From: Eledone cirrhosa
Lineage: Eukaryota
Length of the DNA: 64,000 bases
Direction: 5' to 3'
NCBI GenBank assembly: GCA_964016885.1
Contig: OZ024740.1
Location: forward strand, 326,182,001 to 326,246,000
The position numbers and the translations under genes were made by a program. Shown here in pieces: positions 54,536-64,000 of the stretch. The notes beneath the pieces were generated by a model. The model did not search any database. It saw only the letters and a program-made list of their open reading frames with translations, and was not told the origin of the DNA. Numbering within the stretch: the stretch's first letter is position 1; each line of letters opens with the position of its first letter.

Positions 54536-56261
54536 CCAGCACGCATCCATTTGTATCTTCTCAAGTAACTCAACAATTTTTCTGGATTAATGTTTCAGAG
54601 TGCCTACATTGAGGGTGGCAGCCCTGAGATGTTACCTGACAGTGGTGATTCGGTCATCATTTAGTAATGTCTCTCTGTACCTGAAAGGAAATATGTGTGT
54701 GTGATTGCTTGATGAAGGTTGAGGGGTTTTTGCACATGGTTATATTGGCTACCCTACTATCATGCGTAGCACAAACATAAGTGATATTAGTCCTGTATAT
54801 GCAGTTTGAGTGAATCTTATATTCTGTGCTGTCAGTTTTTGGCCAAGATTTTCTAGCTGGATCCCCTTCCTATCACCAACCACTTTACAGCATGGACTGG
54901 GTGTATTTCATCAATCCACAGGCACTAGAGAGGTTGTCTGGCTGAACTGAAAAGTCCTCTCTACTCTATATCAGATTTTAACTGCCCACTTAGATGGGCT
55001 GTCTTCACTAAGGCTTGCAGAGCTCATATCTACCCTTGGTAGTCTTTTTTATTTTGAATGACTTCTCTCTTAGATGGACTAATGGAAGAGAAAAAATATT
55101 TTTCCTTGCCCACGTATTTCTGGGATTGTTGTAGGGTAGAGTCCTCAACAAACCTTCCAGATAGTTCTAACAGAAGCAATAATCTCCAAATGATACGGCT
55201 GGATCCTTAAGCAAGATGAACCAAGCTCATGGGTGTTATCCAACCATCTTGCTCGTGGTCTATCCTTTGTTCTCAAGCCAGTAATACTGGAGCTTTGATC
55301 TCTTGATTCGGAGGAGTAACAGCTCTACCCTGAGCAACTCAAGTAATGTTACCCCGAAGATCCTTCAGAACAACCCCATTTTGGTTCCATGTATTCACAA
55401 TTGTATTTTTTTGGTCATTACCCAAGATATGTGACCACGGGTAAAAGAAGACACACTGAATTGAAGAGGGTGATTTTGACATTTATATCTACCTCCCTTC
55501 TTGCACTGGCTCCTGCAATTCTTGCATTTCATTTAGTCTTCTGCCTTCCACCACTCATGAAAAGGTCTTCTTATACTTGATGTTCTCCACCTACTTCAGT
55601 GGAACTCCACTCACATGTAGAGTGCACTATACAGGTTTCCTTGAAAGGATGAGTGTCTCAGTTTTTGCAGTACTGATTTTATTCTTGTCATGCAGCACTC
55701 AGTTGCAAATATATCCAGTGGATGTCAGAGATCCCTTCCAATGAGTTAAGTAGTGCCAATTCCAGCCAACTGATCCTACACCCGCCAAGCTTGATATCAC
55801 TTCCAACCTGGCTATGCATGTCAATCCTGTTTATGAAAATTATGAACAGGAGAGCTGACAGTACACAAATTTGGCAAAATCCAATACCCACATTGAAAGG
55901 TTTTAACTTAGTACCATTTATTCGAACACAAATAGTAGGGCATTCGTATAGAGACATCAAGACAAGAAGCTGTCCATCGATTCCATGTTCCTGACAGAAC
56001 CTTCTACAATAAGTTCTGTGAAATGCAAGGTGATTGTTCTATACTCTCTGTATGAGTTAAAAAGGATTTTATTTGCAGTTGTATAAATAACAGTACAAAT
56101 TGGTCACAATTCTTTCAGAATAACATTACAAATATAATGTTGATAAACACAAATATAGACGCTTAAAAGAGAGAACAGAAAAAAGGGTAAAGCAAATACA
56201 GGAACGAAAATGACCATCAATTCACCACCAATTGCGACAATCGGCAGCATATCATAGGGGT

Positions 56262-58350
56262 TCAATAAAACACTTTGAGGCAAGCCAACACGCTCGCAAC
56301 ATTACCACGGATGATGGCGAGGCTAAGGCACTGAAACAACCAAGCACCCTCACGGGCATCACCTGACACCTCAGTAAGGTGAGCCGCCAGTGATGACAAG
56401 AACTTCAGCGGTCCAATTCCACCAAACGTCTCCAACACTACAGGCTGGAAAAAATAATTATTAAATAAATCCAGGTATTTCCGAATTTTATTCTTTTCTG
56501 CAGCGGAAGCAGAGATCCACCCCCACATACACACATTTACCACAGCTTCTATGATGTGGGAGAGAGCAAAAGAGTCATTGACTGTAGTGTCCCAGATGAG
56601 ACACCTACCTCTTACCCAGGGTCAAATGGTAAGGCCGTCTAGTATCTTCCCATCACTTCTGAATAATCCAGCCGGCTCCAGAACTGAGGGGATTTTTAAC
56701 TGAGCCTAGGCACATTTAATGATCAGGCTTAGTTCGGTGTGACGCCGGAACAAACCATGTAGTCTTCGGGAGTTGAGGGACTTACCACAGCGGCATCTCA
56801 AACCCCCACAGATATCAGCTCCCACTCGAAGTGCAATGGAAATGTGAAGGTCGTCCTGACTGAGAAGACAACTAATGTTGGCCACAAGCAGGGCTTCAAA
56901 CTAGTCCCCTGTGAACTTTGCGCTTGCAGTATGCGAGCGACACCTAGAAAATTGGTTGGAGTGATTAAAGAGAGATTTAAAAGTTTCCCTCGAATGCAGA
57001 ATTTCCCATACGCTGCTTCCGTCTATCCCCATCATTAACGGTAACTGAGAAACCCGGCTCTCTCAAATGTAATAAAGCTTCGCCGGAGGAGAGGATGTCA
57101 CCCACTGAAGGGGAGCAAGCGATATTGATTTCACTTTCTAACTCGCTGAGATTTCGCAAGTGCGCATGATCAACCGGATATTGACTTCATTAGGCCACTG
57201 CCACAAAGTTACTGTAACGTAGTTATTTTTATCTACTATAACGAAAAGATTGTAGGACCGAGGGGAAAATAGAGAATACTGGTAATTATTCTCCATTCAA
57301 CAATACGTTTAACCACCACTGATGTTCCATCAGTAGCTGTGATTTATGCGAGGTATTTCATCTTAAAATTGTTTTCTTTATTCAATCGTCTTTTCTCTAA
57401 TGTATCAAGACAACAATTGTTTTTAAGTTTTGTCTATATATATATAAGTGAAAGTAAAAATCAACCAATCCAGTATTGGATGTTTTGTGTAAACAATGAA
57501 AGCGAAAAAAATCTTAAAATACGTAAAATATAATAGTGATTTACAGAAGAAATTTAAAGCAAATGGTTAAATTTTATTATAGGTCGAAAACAAAAACTGT
57601 AACTTAACAGTCATGACAAGAACTTCAGCGGTCCAACTCCACCAAACGTCTCCAATACCACAGGCTGGAAAAAATAATTATTAGATAAATCTAGGTATTT
57701 CCGAATTTTGTTCCGTTCGGCAACGGAAGCTGTGACCCCCACATTTACCGCGGCGTCTATGATGTTGGAGGGAGCAAAAGAGTCACTGACTATAGCGTCC
57801 TAGATGAGACACCTACATCTTACCCATGGACAAAGGGTAAGGCCGTCTGGTCACTTCCCATCACTTCTGGATAAACCAGCTGGTTCCAGAACTGAGGAGA
57901 TACCCGAACCAGGGCCCGTTTGATCAGGTTAATCTCGGTGTGGCCGGCAAAACGACCAGCATTCAGACGACAGGACAAACCATGTAGCACTGCGGAGTCG
58001 AGCGACCTACCACAGCGTTATCTCAGACCCACAACAAACGTTGGCTCCCACTCGAAGTGCAATAGAGATGTAGATCGTCTTGACTGAGAAAACGACTAAT
58101 GTTGGCCACAGGCAGGGCTTCGAACCAGTACCCCGAGAATATTGCGCTTGCAGAAGTAAGCGGCACGTAGAAAATTGATCGGAACGATCACACGGATTGT
58201 CCCATTCTCTCTGCTTCCGTCGACCTTCATCAGGAAGGGGAAGTGACAAACCCAGTCCTCTCCACTGTAGTAAAGCTTCATCCAACACCCTGGTGGAACT
58301 AATCAAAGTTGGGGAGGAGAGAATATCACCCACTAAAGGGGAACAAGCGT
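56262..58350 (-). mobile_element. Two tandem CRE-clade RLE retrotransposon 3' fragments (unit 3)
   Basis: ORF 56262-56543 ends LSLAIIRGNVASVLACLKVFY, typical of CRE-like RLE C-termini. Confidence 0.72.
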
Positions 58351-60519
58351 GGATGGAGGAAAGAAAGCAAGGTAGAGACAAATGGTTAAATTTTATTGCA
58401 GGTCGAAAACTAAACCACCTAGACTGGAGTGTAATCGGCCGCTCCCTGTTTCTTGCATAAAATTATGATAGGTTTTTAACATAACACTTTAAAATAAACA
58501 GTTTTGTATCTTACAAATTGCAGGTGATTTGATAAGAAAAGAGAAAATGTAACCACATCAGCGGTGTATTTCAGCTGCTATATATCTAGTACTCTGTATT
58601 AGTTGGATGTACAATGAAGGTTGGTGAATGTAGATTACAATGTGATCTTAACAGAGTTGATGGAATATGACCGTTGCCGAAGAGACCTCCGTTGTCCTAC
58701 TTGGTCACGGACTACTAGTATTTTCATCTGCAAAACAGGGAGAAGAGCATTTTGCCTTCCTTTTTATGTGCTTCTCCAGAATAGCTCCTTCCTTTATGAT
58801 AAATTAATATAAAAGAACGATATATTCCAAATTAGGTTTAGAGTTAACTAATTTATTTCACATTAGGGTTTAGGGTGCCTTTCCATCGGCGTTCAGGGAA
58901 ACGCGTTAAATATATGTTTCTGGAAGAAAGGATAGCAATGAATGATGCAGTGATCTGAAAGAGACACCATCAAGGAAATTTCAATCAACTGTCACCCTTT
59001 TCTTTAGAAAATAAAATTTATATTCTGTTCACCTTTATTAAGTTAACTCTTAGTATCCTGTACCGGGCAAAAAAGCGAATTAATGAGAAATCGTTAAAAC
59101 AATTATCGATTTTCTTTGTTACTAGTATTATAAAGAAATGACAAACTCTCTAATGCAAGGGAAGTAACTTCGTGTGTATGAGTTTTTTTTCTTGCAACAC
59201 GTTTAAATTTCAACGAAAATGGGGTTTTAGTTTATTTTGTTCCCCTGATATTTTCCTTTTAAAAATTGATGAAGAATATTTATGATCCCTCTTATGCACA
59301 TTTTCTCTCTCAGTTCATTGATGTTTCATCGTTCGTGTACACCTTTATTGCAGTTCACAGGAGCATCCATATCTCATTTCTTTCCAAGCTTCGTAGGTTT
59401 TCTGCACACAAATCCCAGGTCTCACTTCCATGTAGCATTGCCGGTCATACACACGCATCATACCATCTGCCGTTCACTTTGAGGAAAGACCCTTTGTAGC
59501 TTGTTGTAGTATAAACTTCTACTAGGAATTTTTTCCATTCAGTTCTCATTCTGGCTACTGTACATCCACCTGGTTGACAGCCCAAGCCTTGCTGCTTCGC
59601 CAAGCTGTCAAAGTACCGGCAGCTCTCTGATAGGTTTGTGGTTAAGCCTCTAGTGGAGACTTCTGGCGTTCTTGAACTCCAGTCCACATCCCTGCTCACT
59701 ACTATCGGAGCGGAGTTAGCTGCCTACATGTACTAGCCCCGTTCCAGCGCGTCTCCCTCACCGACCTCCGGGGCAATGTCTTCTCTATCCTGTCGTTCGG
59801 GAACACGAGGCTGGCGACTTATTAGGGCAGGAGTGGGTGGCATGCGTCAGACGAAAGGGTTAATAATGCTGACACACGGCTATATATAGTTCAAGATTAT
59901 AACGATTAAATTTAATCTAGCTGTAGATAAATTTTCCAGGAGTAAACAATTTCTCGGTTGCTATCGAAACGATTTAAGCTTAACTGTTGGATAAATAATC
60001 CCTATAGTATGCATGATGTAAAATGATATTTGGTCACCCAGGTAACAAATTGCTAATCCTGAGCATTTGATAGAGCTTGTTTCATGTGATCTCTTGCTGT
60101 TTACTGTTCTTGTGCATCTGCCACACACAAAGCTTACATTTTTTTTAGTTCCTGCTACATTATTGTGTACTCATAATCTACATTTGACCCATAACTCAAC
60201 TAACTAGAAGAAAAATAGTTATAAATACTGAATATTTTTACCAAAAATAACTCACTTCCAAAATAACAACTAATATGATGCCCCACTCTCGCACACTTCC
60301 GATTCTCTATTTCCTGTCCACATTTTCTACCTGCCCTACCCACGTCCTCTTACTGAACTCATTGTATTCGTGCTGTAAAATTACTCCAGTAATTCCACCC
60401 TTGCTCTACCTTACTGCTTCGAAATGTAACCAACTATAATTGTACCATTATTGTCTCTGTGAAGATATGTTTATATATCATAACTGTTAAATTGGTGTAT
60501 ATGTGCATTAATGTGTATC

Positions 60520-62690
60520 TTTGGGGTAGTCATTGACTCTGTAAGCCATAAGGAAGGCAGCCTATCAGATGGGTGGTTGCTCTGAATAAATAAGACTGGC
60601 CATGGTGAAAAGAGCCCATCTAGGAGGGCAGTTATTCCAAATAAATAAGATTGTTCGAAGCCAATGAGGGCTCAGTAAGCAAATAGATATGACTGCATGG
60701 GAAAGGCATGTGCACCGTGAAACGGGGTTGCCAATGTAGACATTCAGAAAAGTAGCTCTGGAGAAATTGTAGAGGTGTGTGCTGTGTTCATAAAGTAGGT
60801 TGGAGACTCCTTGCATAGATAGAAGCTTTTCTTCCTAGGAAATAATGAAGGAGTAGACAGAATGGTATTTTTCTGAGTGAGAAATGGATAGATAATTGTG
60901 GTAGTTAGAGTAAATGACACAATTATCAAGCTCAGAATGGTCAGTTATTTCTACTTATGTGGCACAATCAGGAGTAAATAAATGAAAAAAAAAATCGTTT
61001 CCAAGTGGTACACTTATAGATGACAGTGACCTCATTATTCTGCCTGATGACTTCAATTGACATGCTGGTCAACACTAGGATGGTTACTTTGGAGTACATG
61101 GTGGCTATGGGTATGGCTTGAGAAATGTAAAGTTATCAAGGCTCCTATATTTCAGTGATGTGAATGACCTAACTATTTAAAATAACTTTAGAAAACCTTC
61201 CAAGCACTATTTTATCACCTACCAATCAGGGGGAACATGCTAACCAGATTGACTTCTCGTTCATTAGAGAATGGGATAGACATTGTTATGAATGTGAAAG
61301 CCTTTCCCAGTGAAGAATGCCTCCCACCAAACATGTTAGTTATTAGCTACATCAAAAATGCAGGATAATCCAGGTCCAAAATGCAGGATAATATAGGTTC
61401 AAGGAGGAGGAGGCGCTATACACATATGACTGAGAAAAGATGGAAATTTCAATGGGACAACTTACTGCAGGCCACTGATGGGACTTGTGGTTGGAGCAAG
61501 GTACCAGCTAAATGAAGGTGACTTGGTGGTGGAACAACAGTGTAGAGAGAACCATTAAAGCTAAGAAACAGGCATAAATAACTTGAAAAATGGAAGCAGC
61601 AAAGAACAATAGCTAAAAGAGAAACTGGACAGGCTTACATGACATGTAAAGAAGCTGAAAACAGGAGGTTTGCCAATTTTATATGATGTGAGGACCTGAG
61701 ACATGAGTTGTTCTGCATAGCAAAGCACTGTGTCAGATGAACCAGGATGATGATTGGGGGGGTATTAAGTATGACACTGGTGCACTTAGCCTTATTGATA
61801 CTCAGATGAAAGAGGTTTCGAAATGTTATTATGAGTAGGAAAAGAGTCAAATTAGATGTGATGCAGTTGGTTTTGTGTCAGGAAGATGCACAACAGTTAC
61901 TCTCTTCCTAGTTAAACAATTACAAGAGAAGTTTCTGGCTGAGTTTGCCAGTAGGGTTCCACGATCTGTTATCTAGTAGTCTTTATCGAGGGTAGATAAG
62001 TGGCTTGTGGGAACAATGCAAGCCATGTACACAGTTGCAGTTACCAAAGTAAGAGTAGGTAATGAATTTAGTGAAGAATTCAACATGTAGGTAGGTGTAC
62101 ATTAAGGCTCAGCTCTCAGTCTTCTATTATAGTTTTTCAAGCCATAACAAGAGTTTAAGGCCAGATGGCCATAGATTTCTGAATGCTGACAACCTGGTTC
62201 TTTTTGCTGAATCTAAAAGAGCTAGAGAAAAAATTCTTACTGTGGAAACAAGATTAAAAGGATTCAGAATAAACTCAGCAAAGACCAAATTTTAGTAAGT
62301 AGTAAATTAAAACAGGACTTCAGTCTTATCAGGGATATGGTCATACTCGGTTTGTAGAAAAGGAGTAAGTGGGAACTCTATACAATGTACACAATGTAAA
62401 ACATATGTACTCAAGAGATGTAGTGAGATGGTAGGCAAACTAACAGAAGAGATAGACTTTGTAGGAAATGAGCCTCGAGTAGATAGTAGTAAGAGGCCCA
62501 GTGTAAAGTAGGTGATAGCTTTTACTACCTAGATGACTGAATTAGCAGTGGAGGAGGTTGCTCTGAAAGGATAGTTGCTGGAATAAGAACAGGCTGGAAA
62601 AAGTTCAGAGAACCAAAGCCTCTGTTGATAAAATGTTTCTCGGTATGAAACCTGCATCCAATCCATACAAACAGAAAAGTAGAGGTAAAA
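60520..62690 (+). mobile_element. Old degraded RTE LINE
   Basis: Decayed homology to the RTE ORFs (GTGACTTGGTGGTGGAAC, TTTCCCAGTGAAGAATG, GGAAAAAGTTCAGAGAAC). Only its 3' part is retained at 17040-17560 and 48525-49060. Confidence 0.72.
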
Positions 62691-63459
62691 TGATGATAGT
62701 GATGTTATATAACTTGTAGCTGTCACTTAAGTTTAGCATATATAGCTGTAGTTTAATATCATCATCATTTTTATGTCCACTTTTCCATGTTACAAAATCT
62801 GAATGTGTATTTGTAGTTAAATATATATATGATGTTACACAATCTGAAGGTATCTCTGTAGTTTAATATATATATATAATATCACATAATCTGAAGGGAT
62901 CTCTATAATTTAATATATATATGTATGTCACAAAATCTGAAGGTATTTTTGTTGGTTAACATATATATATGTCACAAAATCTTAAGATGTGGCTGGAGGT
63001 TAACATATATATGTGTCTGTACTTTATATATGTTACACAATCTGAAGGTGTAGCTATAGTTTAATATATGATGGTGTAGTTTATGTGCATATGTTACATA
63101 ATCTGATGGTGTATTTGTGTTATACAATGTGAAGATGTATATGTAGTCTGTAAATATGTAAAGTTCACATAAGATTGTATGGTGTAATTTCAATTAAGAA
63201 CTAAACTTTAATTCTTCAGGTAAATGTTTACATAGATGGTTTATCAATATATAAATGTAGTAAAGATCCCACTGTTCATTTTCTATATTTTAAATATTCT
63301 CAGTATCTTATACTGTTTTTTTTTTATTATTTCAGAATCTCAGATGACATTAAAGAATTCTTTACATTAGATACATCATCAATATTTATCATCTTTTGAA
63401 GACTAAAGGAAGACATTATACAGGATAGATTTCAAAAAAGAGGAGCGAAAACAAAAATT

Positions 63460-64000
63460 ATGGAAATGGAATTATGGGAGAAACAGGTTCATACAAAAGC
63501 GAAGCCCTATCACTGTGATATTTGTGATAAATCATTCCCTAGTAGAAGTCAGTTAAATAGACACCAAAGCATTCACACAGGGGAGAAGCCCTATCATTGT
63601 GTTATCTGTGGTAAGTCATTCTCCCGGAAAATTCACTTGTCATTTCACCAAAGCATTCATACAGGTATAAAACCACATCATTGTGATATCTGTAGTAGAT
63701 CATTCTCTCGAAAAGCAGATTTAACTAAACATAAACGATTGCATACAGGAGAGAAGCCATATCACTGTGATATCTGTGGTAAATCATTCTTTCAAAGTGG
63801 TGATGTAACTACTCACAAACGTTTTCATACAGGAGAGAAACCATATCACTGTGACATCTGTGGTAAATCATTCTTTCAAAGTTGTGCATTAATTAGGCAC
63901 AAACGTATTCATACAGGAGAGAAGCCATATCGCTGTGACATCTGTGGTAAATTTTTCACACGAAAAACTCAATTAACAATTCACACAAGCATTCATACAG
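63460..64000 (+). CDS. C2H2 zinc-finger protein C (3'-partial; 6 fingers visible)
   Basis: Open frame from ATG 63460 to the window end: [44 protein letters not shown]... Not in the ORF track because it has no stop. Candidate acceptor TTTCAG at 63330-63335. Confidence 0.85.
   Translation, partial: MEMELWEKQVHTKAKPYHCDICDKSFPSRSQLNRHQSIHTGEKPYHCVICGKSFSRKIHLSFHQSIHTGIKPHHCDICSRSFSRKADLTKHKRLHTGEKPYHCDICGKSFFQSGDVTTHKRFHTGEKPYHCDICGKSFFQSCALIRHKRIHTGEKPYRCDICGKFFTRKTQLTIHTSIHT

Larger units (their letters stand above)
54537..64000 (+). repeat. Segmental duplication unit 3 (B-type upstream region + ZNF-C)
   Basis: Starts CAGCACGCATCCATTTGTATC as at ~43161. Near-identical to units 1/2 up to ~59400, more divergent afterwards. 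Confidence 0.88.

Overview
Eukaryotic, AT-rich, repeat-dense DNA with no prokaryotic features. The SINE, RTE and MITE repertoire and the KRAB-less C2H2 arrays point to a cephalopod, most likely Octopus (inference). The window is a tandemly duplicated C2H2 zinc-finger gene cluster made of three related units (~3.9-21.8 kb, ~27.5-54.5 kb, 54.5-64 kb). They carry five single-coding-exon ZNF loci on the + strand: two disrupted 'A' copies, two intact 'B' copies (12 and 29 finger units) and a 'C' copy running off the end. Transposons present: RTE LINEs and their partner tRNA-SINE, a pogo/Tigger element, two non-autonomous Helitrons, CRE-like RLE retrotransposon fragments, Penelope-like remnants, a non-autonomous LTR element inside a ZNF exon, and a ~50-bp satellite with an inverted junction. 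The most notable unannotated signals are: (i) at least four intact-looking minimal type I hammerhead ribozymes plus two degenerate ones; (ii) an LTR primer-binding site extended to ~32 nt of tRNA-Trp, with a substitution exactly at the m1A58 position; (iii) a perfect 328-bp palindrome centred on (TA)35; (iv) finger-number changes and recognition-helix-focused divergence between near-identical ZNF paralogs, which share an N-terminal SUMO-type motif instead of KRAB. All alignments and counts were done by eye.
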